A DNA stretch of 64,000 nt, taken from the NCBI GenBank assembly GCA_965277285.1, contig OZ255721.1:3040001-3104000 (forward strand). Reading direction: 5' to 3'. Below the pieces are notes generated by a model. That model did not search any database, was not told the DNA's origin, and saw nothing but the letters and a program-made list of their open reading frames with translations. This document shows positions 11,229-21,463 of this stretch, piece by piece. Position 1 is the stretch's first letter. Each line of letters opens with the position of its first letter. Made by a program: the position numbers and the translations under genes. Source of the DNA: Abditibacteriaceae bacterium (lineage in GTDB: Bacteria; Armatimonadota; Abditibacteriia; Abditibacteriales; Abditibacteriaceae).

Positions 11229-11282
11229 ATGGCGACGACGCAAAACTTTTTCCTTTGCGTCCTCCACGTCTTCTGCGGTAAA

Positions 11283-12197
11283 TTAAATACTTTTTAAGAA
11301 TTCGGGATCGAGTGTCGCTTCAAAGACGGTCGCGGCGGGGCCGGTCATGTAAACGTGATTGTTTTGCGCCCATTCGACATCGAGATCGCCGCCCGGCAAA
11401 TGCACCAGAGCACGGCGCTCCGTGTTCTTCAACTGATTGGTCAAGGCCGAGGCGACGACGACTGAGCAGGCGCCCGTGCCGCACGCGAGGGTATCGCCCG
11501 CGCCGCGTTCCCAGGTGCGCATCCATAGTTTTTGCGGCCCCAGAACTTGCACGAAATGAACATTGGTGCGTTCGGGAAACGCTTCGTGATGCTCGATTTC
11601 CAGCCCAATTTCTTTCAAGGCAACGTTTTCCACATCGTCCACGAAAATCACGACGTGTGGGTTGCCCATCGAAACGCCAGTAATCGAGTACTCGTTGGCG
11701 CCGACTTGGAGCGGTTGATTGATGACTTGCGGATCGTTGCCACCGGGCAAAGAAGTCATCGGAATCTCACTTCTTTTCAAGTGCGGAATATCCATATCGA
11801 CGCGCACCATAATTTCGCGGGCGCCCGGTTGCGTGCCATCGGCCAAAATCTCGATGTGCTGCAATCCTTTGACGGTCGCCACAGAAACCGAACTTTCGCC
11901 GACTAATCCTTTGTCGAACAACAATTTGCCAAAGCAGCGAATGCCATTGCCGCACATTTCGCTTTCGCTGCCGTCTGGGTTCCACATACGCATCCGAAAT
12001 TGCGCGTTCTCATCTGGCAAAACCAGAATCAAGCCGTCGCCGCCAACGCCAAAATGACGGTCGCAGAGCGCTTCGCTCAGCGCTGGCATTTGCTCGATTG
12101 GCAAAGGTAAACCGTCCAAGCAATCGATCATCACGAAATCGTTGCCCAGCCCGTGCATTTTGATGAAACGAAGCGGCGTATCAGAAGAAAAAGCCAT
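11283..12197 (-). CDS. dapF: Diaminopimelate epimerase
   Basis: KMHGLGNDF, EMCGNGIRC, SMGNPH, ERGAGDTLACGTG. Confidence 0.95.
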   Translation of the reverse strand: MAFSSDTPLRFIKMHGLGNDFVMIDCLDGLPLPIEQMPALSEALCDRHFGVGGDGLILVLPDENAQFRMRMWNPDGSESEMCGNGIRCFGKLLFDKGLVGESSVSVATVKGLQHIEILADGTQPGAREIMVRVDMDIPHLKRSEIPMTSLPGGNDPQVINQPLQVGANEYSITGVSMGNPHVVIFVDDVENVALKEIGLEIEHHEAFPERTNVHFVQVLGPQKLWMRTWERGAGDTLACGTGACSVVVASALTNQLKNTERRALVHLPGGDLDVEWAQNNHVYMTGPAATVFEATLDPEFLKSI

Positions 12198-12326
12198 AAG
12201 AAGATCAGGAAGTGGGAAATTGCACCACGATTCATACAAGGTTCACACAAGTTTGCATAAGAAAGGCGCGGATGCCTCGAAAGGAAAGCCGCGCCCATCA
12301 AAACAAGGTTCAATTATACCAACAGA

Positions 12327-13352
12327 TTAGCTCGTCGGCGCGCCGCTGGGAGCATCGCTTGGTGCTGCATCTGAAGTTGCGGGAGACGCTGCGGCGGGAA
12401 CCAAAGCCGTTGGCATCGCGCCATCGGGTGGCGAAACGCTGGCCAGCATTTTCTGGAAGGCGGGCTGGAGCTTTTCCCAATCTTCGTCGCGGCATGTTGC
12501 CACGAATTGCAGTCGAACCTGATTGGTTAGCATCGTGGCGCGCAAACCGTGCAATTTGCCGACGCGCAAACCGCCGCTGCCGGAAAACTCGCAAACCCAC
12601 GTTTCACCGAAACCGCCCGTATATTTACGCGACGTTTCTTCCTCGTAGCCGCCATACTTTTCGCTCATCTGCTTCGCTTCCGCTTCGTGGAGGGTTTGTT
12701 GCGGCGATTTGGCCGAGTTCTTCATGGTTTCGCTCATAAACGAACCGGCGGCATCGGCGGCGACACCAACTTGCGCCGAACCATTTTGCCAGCGCGAACC
12801 GCCGGTCAAGCCATCTTCACTGGCGCCTTCGTGCAATTCCCAGTCGGCATCTGTCGGCGCCAGGCACTGAAACGTTTTGCCTTTGGTGGTGTGCGGCGTA
12901 AAACCTGAAATCGCTTCCACAGGCTTGGGCGCCAGCAGATGCAGCACCAGGAAAAATATCACCAGCGCGCCAACCACGCCGCCCGCGTAAAACGGTGTCA
13001 TGTTCTTAGGTGGCGCCTGCGGCACATCGTCCAACTTTGATGGCGGCCCACCCGTGTAAACCTGCGGCGGACGATTGGCGCCGGTCGTCAATTCACCTGG
13101 TAACATCGCGTTCGATGGAATAACCGCGGCGTCTTTGGAGGCGACTGAAGTTGAGCGCTGGGATCGAGTACTCGATAACGCGGACGGCGGCGCGATGAGC
13201 GGATCCGTCGAAACCGCAACTGGTGCTGCTGTTGCTGCTGCGCTGTTTGCCCATTGCAAAGTTTTGCCACAGCGACGGCATTTGGTAAAAGAAATCGGGT
13301 TGGTGACGCCGCATTTGGCGCACTTGTCGGCAGTTTTGGTGGCGTCTGTCAT
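12327..13352 (-). CDS. Hypothetical membrane-anchored protein with N-terminal zinc ribbon
   Basis: CAKC...CRRC, Pro/Ala linker, single TM helix. Confidence 0.65.
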   Translation of the reverse strand: MTDATKTADKCAKCGVTNPISFTKCRRCGKTLQWANSAAATAAPVAVSTDPLIAPPSALSSTRSQRSTSVASKDAAVIPSNAMLPGELTTGANRPPQVYTGGPPSKLDDVPQAPPKNMTPFYAGGVVGALVIFFLVLHLLAPKPVEAISGFTPHTTKGKTFQCLAPTDADWELHEGASEDGLTGGSRWQNGSAQVGVAADAAGSFMSETMKNSAKSPQQTLHEAEAKQMSEKYGGYEEETSRKYTGGFGETWVCEFSGSGGLRVGKLHGLRATMLTNQVRLQFVATCRDEDWEKLQPAFQKMLASVSPPDGAMPTALVPAAASPATSDAAPSDAPSGAPTS

Positions 13353-13502
13353 AAAGTTTCTCGCATCAGAAAATAAGAAATTTGCACGTTGACACAGCAT
13401 GATCAAATCGTTTCTTCATGCAAACGTTCGACTCGATATTGGTCGCAACAATGTTGCCCTTGATCGGGCAGGAAGTGCTGTCGCAGAAGAAAGTGCGGCA
13501 GT

Positions 13503-13715
13503 TCAAATTTCGTTGATTTGCACGATTTCCCAGTGCGGCGTCATGCTCGATGTTTCACGATGTCCCAATACAATCATCGGGTCGCCCAGCTTTTGAGCTT
13601 GCTCGATGTGTTCGGCGGTGATGCCGACAATCTTGCCAACGCCGCGCGCGTTGTGCGTGCCGGGCGTTGGCGGACTTCCAAGCTGCGACCATTTTTTCTG
13701 AATCCGTAATGACAT
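13503..13715 (-). CDS. Small hypothetical protein
   Basis: ATG after GAGGA, downstream of miaA on the same strand. Confidence 0.45.
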   Translation of the reverse strand: MSLRIQKKWSQLGSPPTPGTHNARGVGKIVGITAEHIEQAQKLGDPMIVLGHRETSSMTPHWEIVQINEI

Positions 13716-13749
13716 GAAACGTGTTCCTCTCAGGAATTGTGAATGAAGT

Positions 13750-14703
13750 TTAATCGGCGTCGTTCGAGTACTCGATAGCAATTTTATCCGCGATTTTTTG
13801 CCAGTTTGTTTCATCGTTGACATCAATCCATTGTGTCGGCAACTGGTGGCGAAACCACGTCATTTGCCGTTTGGCGTAACGCCGCGTGTCGCGCTTCCAA
13901 AGTTCGACACATTCGTTGAAACGATTCGCATCTTCCAACGCCGGACGCATTTGTTTATAACCTAAACTTTGCATGGCGGTTGCGCCTTCATCGAGATTCA
14001 TTTCAACTAAACGTTGCAGTTCATCCATAAAACCCATTGCAAGCATCGCGTCAATGCGCGTTTCAATGCGACTGTATAAAACATCGCGTGGCCATTCCAA
14101 GCCGAAGAGATAAGGTCTGAACTCAGGCGATTGCCGATGGAGCCGATGGATTAGCAATGAATGAACAGAAGAAAGATTATTTTTTTCGTATTGCGCGACT
14201 TCAATCGCGCGAGTAATGCGGCGCGTGTCGTTGATTGGTAAGCGTTCGGCAGAGGCTTCATCGAGTACGCGCAGTTGGTTGTGCAACCAAACAGCGCCGT
14301 GTTCTTGCAGTTGCGTTTCGAGTTGCGCGCGCAATTCAAAGTCTGGCGGAGCGCTGGCCAAAGTTTCGGGTTGCAGCAAAGCACGCGCATAAAAGCCAGT
14401 TCCACCGACGATAATTGGCGTTTTATGGTGGCTACGAATGTCTTCGATGACGATTTGCGCATCGTTCGCCCATTGCGCGGCGGAATAGGTTTCCTGCGGG
14501 TTTTTGATGTCGATCAAATGATGACGCGCCTGAGATTGTTCTTCGCGTGTCGGTTTGGCAGTGCCGATGTCGAGCGTTCGATAAATCTGCATCGAATCCA
14601 TAGAGACGATTTCGCCATCCAATCGAGTACTCAATTCGATGGCCAAACGTGTTTTGCCGCTGGCGGTCGGGCCGACGAGGAAGAGCAGGGGAAAAGGTTT
14701 CAT
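13750..14703 (-). CDS. miaA: tRNA dimethylallyltransferase
   Basis: GPTASGKT, DSMQIYR, DIGTAKP, VGGTGFY, YAKRQMTWFR. Confidence 0.95.
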   Translation of the reverse strand: MKPFPLLFLVGPTASGKTRLAIELSTRLDGEIVSMDSMQIYRTLDIGTAKPTREEQSQARHHLIDIKNPQETYSAAQWANDAQIVIEDIRSHHKTPIIVGGTGFYARALLQPETLASAPPDFELRAQLETQLQEHGAVWLHNQLRVLDEASAERLPINDTRRITRAIEVAQYEKNNLSSVHSLLIHRLHRQSPEFRPYLFGLEWPRDVLYSRIETRIDAMLAMGFMDELQRLVEMNLDEGATAMQSLGYKQMRPALEDANRFNECVELWKRDTRRYAKRQMTWFRHQLPTQWIDVNDETNWQKIADKIAIEYSNDAD

Positions 14704-14793
14704 GGAGAAGTGGCGTTTTTGTTGTGCTATCCTATTTCGTGTTTAACTTGCGGGCATTTGATGAGGAATATAAGGATATAAAGGCAAAACGCT

Positions 14794-15315
14794 ATGACAC
14801 AACCAACGCGCGACGAGAAAACGGTTTCTTCTGGAGGCGAAAGTTTGCAGGCATTGCCGCACGGCGTCTCGTTTCACGATGTGGCGACACACGTCGATGA
14901 GCGTGGCGCCGTTTGCGAAATGTTCGACTTGCGCTGGGACTGGCATCCCGATCCGGTTGTATTTTCCTACTTTTTCACGATTCGTCCCGGCTGGATCAAA
15001 GGCTGGGGCTTGCACAAAGAACACGAAGATCGCTATTTTATTTTGTTTGGCGAAGTCGAAGTCGTGTTGTATGATGCGCGTCCCGATTCGCCGACGCACG
15101 GTTTGGTTTCTCAAATCGTGTTGTCGGAGTATAAGCGGCGTTTGCTGAATATTCCCGCTGGCATCTGGCACGCCGACCGCAATCTGGGCGACCGCGACGC
15201 GGTTCTGGTCAATTATCCCACGATTCCCTACAATCACGACAGCCCTGATAAATATCGCCTGCCGCTCGACACCGATCAAATCCCGCACAAGTTCGATAAT
15301 CCGCGCGGCGGCTGA
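14794..15315 (+). CDS. dTDP-4-dehydrorhamnose 3,5-epimerase-like cupin
   Basis: DERGAVCE, KGWGLH, IPAGIWH. Confidence 0.75.
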   Translation: MTQPTRDEKTVSSGGESLQALPHGVSFHDVATHVDERGAVCEMFDLRWDWHPDPVVFSYFFTIRPGWIKGWGLHKEHEDRYFILFGEVEVVLYDARPDSPTHGLVSQIVLSEYKRRLLNIPAGIWHADRNLGDRDAVLVNYPTIPYNHDSPDKYRLPLDTDQIPHKFDNPRGG

Positions 15316-15353
15316 TGCTGTGCGTTAGTATTTAGACACTTCGAGTACTCGAT

Positions 15354-16250
15354 ATGCCGCGTTTAACCGTCATCATCCCGACTTACAATTGGAGCAGCGT
15401 GTTGCCATATTCCATCGGCAGCGTGTTGCGTCAAACCTTCACCGACTGGGAATTGTTAGTTATCGGCGACGCCTGCACCGATGATTCGGAAAGTGTCGTG
15501 CGGCGTTTTGCAGATGAAATCGGGCAGGACGAATATGGTCAAGATCGTATTCGCTGGATTAATTTGGAGAAAAACGCGGGCAGCCAATACGCGCCAAATA
15601 ACGAAGGTTTGCGTCAGGCGCGCGGCGAACTGATCGCTTATCTGGGGCACGACGATTTATGGCTGCCGCACCATTTGCAAACTCAAGTCGCCGCCATTGA
15701 TGCCGGTGCTGACCTGGCGTACTCGATTATTGATTGGATTTATCCGCCGGGCTGGGTTTCGCCAGTGAATCTTTTTCCTCATTTTTGCTTGCCTTCTGCG
15801 GTGGTGCATCGCCGTCATGTGGTGCAGGAATTGGGCGGCTGGCGCAATTACCGCGAAATCGAATTGCCCACCGATATGGATTTGTGGAAGCGCATCCGCG
15901 ACGCCGGTTATCGTGTGACCTTTGTGCCACGCCTGGGCACGATCAAATTTTCCGCTTCGATGCGCCGCGACGTTTACAAGATGCGGCCCTGTCACGAGCA
16001 AGCGTTGTGGTTCGACCGCATTGGGCGTGAAAGCGATTTGGAAGCGACCGAACTCGCGCGAATGCTGTGCGCATCTCACAACGAATTGTCGCTGATCGAT
16101 CCGCGCTGGAGCCGCCAGGTGGCGCGTTTGCTGTTCCATGTCGGATCGCAACGCTTGCGACGTCGCTTCCAAAGATTTCTGCCCAAACCACGTAAAGGTG
16201 CGCAGACCGAAGCCTGGCGCAAATATCGAGGTCTCGAACGAAACTCGTGA
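15354..16250 (+). CDS. Glycosyltransferase family 2
   Basis: VIIPTYN, DACTDDS, AYLGHDD. Confidence 0.85.
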   Translation: MPRLTVIIPTYNWSSVLPYSIGSVLRQTFTDWELLVIGDACTDDSESVVRRFADEIGQDEYGQDRIRWINLEKNAGSQYAPNNEGLRQARGELIAYLGHDDLWLPHHLQTQVAAIDAGADLAYSIIDWIYPPGWVSPVNLFPHFCLPSAVVHRRHVVQELGGWRNYREIELPTDMDLWKRIRDAGYRVTFVPRLGTIKFSASMRRDVYKMRPCHEQALWFDRIGRESDLEATELARMLCASHNELSLIDPRWSRQVARLLFHVGSQRLRRRFQRFLPKPRKGAQTEAWRKYRGLERNS

Positions 16251-16277
16251 CACGCACAGTGAATTCGAGTACTCGAT

Positions 16278-17858
16278 TCACCGTGCAACAATTACCGAAA
16301 AAGTCGCGCGACGAATAAAACGATTGCGGTCATCAAAAAGATAAACCGTCAGCGTTTGTTTTCCTGTGGGAAGATTTCGCAAATCGAGCGCAATCAAATG
16401 CACGCCCGGCTTTTGCGACGCATAAACGATTTTGTTTGCGATCTGCAAATAAACCTTGGGGCGCGCCACATACGTTTTCGCCCAGATACTCAACAAATCG
16501 CTGTTGCGCAACGTTTGCCCGTTCGTCAAAGCGCGCGGCACGGACGTCATTTCCTGCTGCCAATGCGAAAGGAAATACGGTTCGCTGATGGCGCGATTAT
16601 ACGCTTCGAGTACGCGATTGTCGCCGCTCAAGGTGTAATCGCTGAGCGTTTTTCCGGCTGTCCGGTAACGCAGCGAATTCATGCTGAACCAATCAATCAA
16701 TTTGACGCGCGGATACAATCGTGGCAAAGCGCCGTACAACAGCGATAATTTATCAATGGCGAAATCGGAGCGTGAAATATTATCCAACGCGGCGCGATGA
16801 CTGGCCGCATATTCGCAAATCGCAATCGGCTTGCGTGCGGCGAACATCTTGTAAATCGGATCGAGCAGGGCAAGCGGATTTTCATCGAAAGCCGGACAAT
16901 TCGCTTTGTTCTCGTGAAAGGGGACGGAATAAATGTTGACGCCGACCCAATCGCAACCGTCGTCGCCCGGATAATACTGCGCAATGTTGCCCAGCGGCGG
17001 ATTGTTGACGCACCAGATCGTCGCGCACAACGGCGCTTCCTGGTGCAAAACCCGATCAACCAGGCGAAACTTGGCGCGATAAAGCGGCGGATCGTTGTGA
17101 TATGGCGTCCAGAAACCGTTCATTTCACTGGCGAAACGCACGAAAACCGGCCAGTTGGCTCGCGCCATATCGCGCGCGAAACCACGCAAATAAGCGTCGT
17201 CTTGCACATCGTTCAAGTTCGCTGGTTCCCAGGCGATTTGCGCAATCGCGCCGTTGCGTTTCAAGTGTTCGACCCAGGCGCGAGGAAACCTTTGGCCATA
17301 TTTCAAATACATGAAATAGCTGGCGTGCGCTTTTCCCGTTAGTTGCTCCCACGCTTCGCTGCGATGATGGCTTTGCCAGTTTTCATCATAAAACGAACCG
17401 CCCAGCGCATCGTCGCGGTCGATAAATGCGCCGATGTAACAACCATTTTGCGGCTCTAATCGCGCGGTTCGAGTACTCGAAAGCGGCGCTGGCGCGTCCA
17501 CAAAGGCGCGCAAATCGGTTTGGTATTGCGCCGCTTTGTTGTCCTGGATAATCGCCGCGTCCCACAAACCTTTGCGCCGATATTGCGCCGCTTCATCGTG
17601 CATCGTCTGCGCCGCGTCGTCGTAGCGACCCAACTGCAGATAAATCTGCGCCAGTTTGCGATAAGCGTCGAAAATGGGAGCGCGCCGGATTTTCGCCTGC
17701 AATGCGGAAATGCGCGGATCGTTGCGCACATTGCGCACGGGAACGGCGGGCAACAGGCGCGCTAAATCTTCGTTTTGACCGTTGTTTTGCGCGCGTGCAG
17801 AAAGCGGCAAGAAAGACAGCAAACATAAGATTTCGAGTACTCGAAAGTGAGGAAACAT
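16278..17858 (-). CDS. Secreted GH26-like glycoside hydrolase with TPR-like N-terminus
   Basis: Signal peptide ending SARA; VRFASEMNGFW, YYPGDDGCDWVGVN, ICEY; start ATG 17858. Confidence 0.7.
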   Translation of the reverse strand: MFPHFRVLEILCLLSFLPLSARAQNNGQNEDLARLLPAVPVRNVRNDPRISALQAKIRRAPIFDAYRKLAQIYLQLGRYDDAAQTMHDEAAQYRRKGLWDAAIIQDNKAAQYQTDLRAFVDAPAPLSSTRTARLEPQNGCYIGAFIDRDDALGGSFYDENWQSHHRSEAWEQLTGKAHASYFMYLKYGQRFPRAWVEHLKRNGAIAQIAWEPANLNDVQDDAYLRGFARDMARANWPVFVRFASEMNGFWTPYHNDPPLYRAKFRLVDRVLHQEAPLCATIWCVNNPPLGNIAQYYPGDDGCDWVGVNIYSVPFHENKANCPAFDENPLALLDPIYKMFAARKPIAICEYAASHRAALDNISRSDFAIDKLSLLYGALPRLYPRVKLIDWFSMNSLRYRTAGKTLSDYTLSGDNRVLEAYNRAISEPYFLSHWQQEMTSVPRALTNGQTLRNSDLLSIWAKTYVARPKVYLQIANKIVYASQKPGVHLIALDLRNLPTGKQTLTVYLFDDRNRFIRRATFSVIVAR

Positions 17859-17930
17859 AAGCCCTTCTAACATTGAACGGCAGAAAATGCTTGCGCAACA
17901 AGTTGTTTGGTTTGTCCGGGCGTTCGCTTT

Positions 17931-17958
17931 GTACGGGCGAGGCATGCCTCGCCCGTAC
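17931..17958. repeat. 28-bp perfect palindrome GTACGGGCGAGGCATGCCTCGCCCGTAC (family B variant)
   Basis: Identical copy at 23763-23790. Confidence 0.85.
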
Positions 17959-17991
17959 GGATTTCTCCTCACTATGAGAACAAACCAAGAG

Positions 17992-18780
17992 TTACGGTGC
18001 CATGCGTCGCAGCAAAAACCAGCCGCCAGCGATGATGGCGACGGCGACAATGGAACCCGAAATGACGCTGGGCAAAATCAATAAAACGCCGCCGACAACG
18101 ACCAATACGATGAGCCAGACGAAACCGTCGCGCAAAGCGGGCACCAGGTTTTCCGGTTTGAAGGCCCACTCGAAGAAGTTCATCTGATGCACTTCGCCGC
18201 AATGCGGACAGGTTTTGGTGTTCTTCGGAATCTGTTTGTCGCACTTGCGGCAGACCGCGAAATCGTAGCGATCTATTCCTTCTTGCTTGTCCAAAACGGT
18301 GCGCAGTTGCGACTTCCAGCGTTTGGTAGCGGGGCCGTCCGGCATCAGGCGAATGGCGATACGATATTCATCGACGGCGTTTTCGAGTTGCCCCAGTTCC
18401 GCCCACTTTTCGGCAAGTCCGGCGTGCGCTCCGGCGTTCGTCGGGTCGAACTGGATAGCACTTTCAAAACGTTCGATGTCTTCGTCGCGCAACTTATGCG
18501 ACGTTTGGCGGTCGGCCAACTTCGTTATAAAAGGTGCCGCGCCGCACGCCAGCATCAAAACGACGCCCGCCAAAACCGCGATACCCGCGCCGCCGCTGGA
18601 CAAAATCATGCCCGCGCCGCACATCACGCCCAAAAACAAAGCGATGCCAATGCCCCAATCGAGCGTTCCATCAACGACCGTAGCGCGCACAATCGCCAGC
18701 AACGGAAACGAAACTAACAGTGCGATGAACAGCCACACAACCGGCGTTAAAAACGCTGAACCTTCGCCCGAACCAACCAT
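17992..18780 (-). CDS. Membrane protein with TPR and zinc-ribbon domains
   Basis: TM helices, TPR-like DPTNAGAHAGLA, CRKC...CPHC. Confidence 0.7.
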   Translation of the reverse strand: MVGSGEGSAFLTPVVWLFIALLVSFPLLAIVRATVVDGTLDWGIGIALFLGVMCGAGMILSSGGAGIAVLAGVVLMLACGAAPFITKLADRQTSHKLRDEDIERFESAIQFDPTNAGAHAGLAEKWAELGQLENAVDEYRIAIRLMPDGPATKRWKSQLRTVLDKQEGIDRYDFAVCRKCDKQIPKNTKTCPHCGEVHQMNFFEWAFKPENLVPALRDGFVWLIVLVVVGGVLLILPSVISGSIVAVAIIAGGWFLLRRMAP

Positions 18781-19004
18781 AAAATCCTTTGCTTCAATCT
18801 TTAGAAAATGTCTGGCGATGGAACACGGCTTTCGGACACGGATTAAACGGATGAACACGGATCGAAATCAAGCCAGCTAAAAATCCGTGTTCATCCGTGC
18901 CGTTATTTGTGTCGGCGCAGCCGCCGTGTCCTAATCTAAACTCAAAGCATCTTTGGAGTTCAGCGGTTTCGCTTTTGCAAGCCGCGCCGCAACGGAACCG
19001 TTTT

Positions 19005-19751
19005 ATGACAACACTTTTCGCATCCGAACAACCCGAACCCGAAGACCTGAGACATCGAGTACTCGAAATCCAGGCGCGCCTGTGCCGCGAATACAATTGC
19101 CCCATTTCATACTTCCACAATCTCGACCCGTTGAGCGAACTGGTTTCGTCGCTGCTTTCGCACCGCACCAAGAACGCCGATTCAAGTCGTGCATTTAAGC
19201 AATTGACCAAACGTTTCCCGACATGGGCAGAAGTGCGCGATGCTTCGATGGAAGACGTTCAAACCGCGATTGCGCCGTGTACGTGGCCGGAACAAAAAGC
19301 GCCGCGCTTGCAGGAAGTGTTGCGTCAAATCACGCTGCGTCGCAACGGCGACTTAAGTTTAGAGTTTTTGTCGGAAATGACCGTTGAAGACGCGCGCCGT
19401 TGGCTGGAAGAACTGGTCGGCGTCGGCCCGAAAACCAGCGCCGCAGTTCTGGCGTTTTCTCGTTTGCGCCGCCGCGCGCTGCCCGTCGATTCGCATCATC
19501 ATCGCGTTGCAGGGCGTTTGGGCTTGATTCCCAAAAGTCTCAGCGTCGGCCCCAGCCATCGAGTACTCGAAGCGCAACTTCCCGCCGATTGGAACGCGCA
19601 ACAGGTTTACGACAACCACGAAGTCTTGATGTTGCACGGCCAGCGCGTGTGTTTTTATAACAATCCCGCGTGCGCCAAATGCGTGCTGCTGGATTTGTGT
19701 CCGTCGGGACAAGCGCGGATAAAGCAAACTTCAGTCAACGCTGAAAGTTGA
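19005..19751 (+). CDS. Endonuclease III-like HhH-GPD DNA glycosylase with 4Fe-4S motif
   Basis: LVGVGPKT, LPVDSH, C-x6-C-x2-C-x5-C. Confidence 0.85.
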   Translation: MTTLFASEQPEPEDLRHRVLEIQARLCREYNCPISYFHNLDPLSELVSSLLSHRTKNADSSRAFKQLTKRFPTWAEVRDASMEDVQTAIAPCTWPEQKAPRLQEVLRQITLRRNGDLSLEFLSEMTVEDARRWLEELVGVGPKTSAAVLAFSRLRRRALPVDSHHHRVAGRLGLIPKSLSVGPSHRVLEAQLPADWNAQQVYDNHEVLMLHGQRVCFYNNPACAKCVLLDLCPSGQARIKQTSVNAES

Positions 19752-19759
19752 GGTGAGAA

Positions 19760-20260
19760 ATGAAAGATTACGATGACGACAAAGTGTTTTTGAAAGCAAC
19801 GAAAGCGTATGAGAAAGGCGACTTTAAAACAGCTTTCGAGTCGTTCTCTTACGCCGCAGAACAAGGCGCGGCCTGGGCGCACAATTATCTCGGCCTCATG
19901 TATGGCGGAGGTGAGCACGTCGAAAAAGACCAAGATCAAGCACTGTTTTGGCACAAAAGCGCCGCGCGCATTGCGAAAAACTCAAGTTACGACTACGGCA
20001 ACGTCGCGCGGCAATACGAAATTATGGGAAATCGCCGTCGCGCTTTCTATTGGTGGAACAAAGCGGTTTTGCTGAGCGATAAAAGTGCTGGGCTTGAACT
20101 TGCCAAGCGCCTGCTGCAAAACGGTCGCAGCGATTCACGAAAACGTGCCATCGAACTTTTGCAAATCGCTGCCGCTGCCGAGTTTCCACTTAAAATCAGC
20201 GAAAACGATTGCGAAGAAGCGCAGGAATTGCTGGATGATTTAGAGAAAACTGCTATGTAA
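19760..20260 (+). CDS. Sel1-like repeat protein
   Basis: AAEQGAAWAHNYLGLMYGGGEHVEKDQDQALFW. Confidence 0.75.
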   Translation: MKDYDDDKVFLKATKAYEKGDFKTAFESFSYAAEQGAAWAHNYLGLMYGGGEHVEKDQDQALFWHKSAARIAKNSSYDYGNVARQYEIMGNRRRAFYWWNKAVLLSDKSAGLELAKRLLQNGRSDSRKRAIELLQIAAAAEFPLKISENDCEEAQELLDDLEKTAM

Positions 20261-20345
20261 GGTGCAAATGTGTGTTGTTGAATATTTATCTGACGGGACG
20301 AGCGCGGGTGAAAAGGTGGCTATAAAGACGATGGAAAATCAGCTC

Positions 20346-20888
20346 TCAATCGGGAAGATTTTGTATACGAGTGATTCGCAATTTTAACTCTTTTCTACCC
20401 AATTCGTTCAATCCGCTTGGTGGGTCTTTGGGACGTGTCTTCAACAAGAGTTCGATAAAGGCAAGCACAGGCTGCTTACCGACGCGTGAAATCGCAAAAT
20501 CGTCTGCTTCTATTTCATCAGGCTCAACTTCACCTTTTTCTATGCAAGCAATTCTACGTGCACGTATATCTGCCTGAGTGTGCAGACCGCGCTCAGCAAG
20601 AGTGTGATAGTGTTCATGGTGAATATGCCCGACCTCATGCCATATTGCGGCATCTTTATATTCATGAGCCAGTTGCAAAAAACCAGAAGTAACTATTGCG
20701 TGAGGTTCGCCGTCCGTCCATGTCGAAACAATGAAACGCATGTTGATTTTTTGCATAAGAGCGTCATTTTGAATCACTCGTATAACCCGATAGCCGGATT
20801 TATCGTTTGAGTAATTTCTGACCTCTGCAACTCGCATATCTCTCTTGTGCCAGAGTAACTTATAATCGTCGCCAAATTCATTGTTCAT
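20346..20888 (-). CDS. HEXXH zinc metallopeptidase-like protein
   Basis: WHEVGH and EIEADDFA; AT-rich. Confidence 0.6.
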   Translation of the reverse strand: MNNEFGDDYKLLWHKRDMRVAEVRNYSNDKSGYRVIRVIQNDALMQKINMRFIVSTWTDGEPHAIVTSGFLQLAHEYKDAAIWHEVGHIHHEHYHTLAERGLHTQADIRARRIACIEKGEVEPDEIEADDFAISRVGKQPVLAFIELLLKTRPKDPPSGLNELGRKELKLRITRIQNLPD

Positions 20889-21017
20889 AAAGATCTATTT
20901 TATATTAATGTTTATTGTTGATTAACAGTGACTACCAAAGTTATTGCGCTTTTTGATGCGATTTAGTAACCTTCGATAGATAATTTTCCAAATGGACAAA
21001 TCGAGGACACAATTCAA

Positions 21018-21287
21018 ATGAGTGTAGCCGAACGCGAAAAGACCGGAATCATTTCCGAGCACGCCAAACATGAAAGCGACACAGGTTCGCCCGAAGTGCA
21101 AGTTGCGCTGATGACGGCGCGCATCAATTACCTGACCGAACACCTCAAGATTCACAAGAAAGACCACGCCAGCCGATTGGGTTTGCTGCGTTTGGTCGGT
21201 AGCCGCCGCCGCTTTTTGCGTTACTTGCAAAACAAAGATGTCGCGCGCTATCGCGCCATCGTGCAAAAGCTGGGCTTGCGCCGCTAA
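21018..21287 (+). CDS. rpsO: 30S ribosomal protein S15
   Basis: [26 protein letters not shown]; 89 aa. Confidence 0.97.
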   Translation: MSVAEREKTGIISEHAKHESDTGSPEVQVALMTARINYLTEHLKIHKKDHASRLGLLRLVGSRRRFLRYLQNKDVARYRAIVQKLGLRR

Positions 21288-21463
21288 CGAATTTTCTCAC
21301 GCCGCCTTTTTCGTTCCGTCCGCCGACTATCGAGTACTCGAACCGAGTATTTGACGGTCGCGCACGAAACGAAAGGCGGCGTTGTGTTTTTCAACACCCA
21401 AGTTTGAACACAAGGGTTTGGTGACAGCCGCAATTTGTGAGCGGCGGCCAAGAAAGGAACGAA

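Noticed and set aside
17859..18050. N-terminal extension of ORF 16278-18050
   Set aside because: Runs through a REP palindrome and the neighbouring gene; the signal peptide begins at 17858
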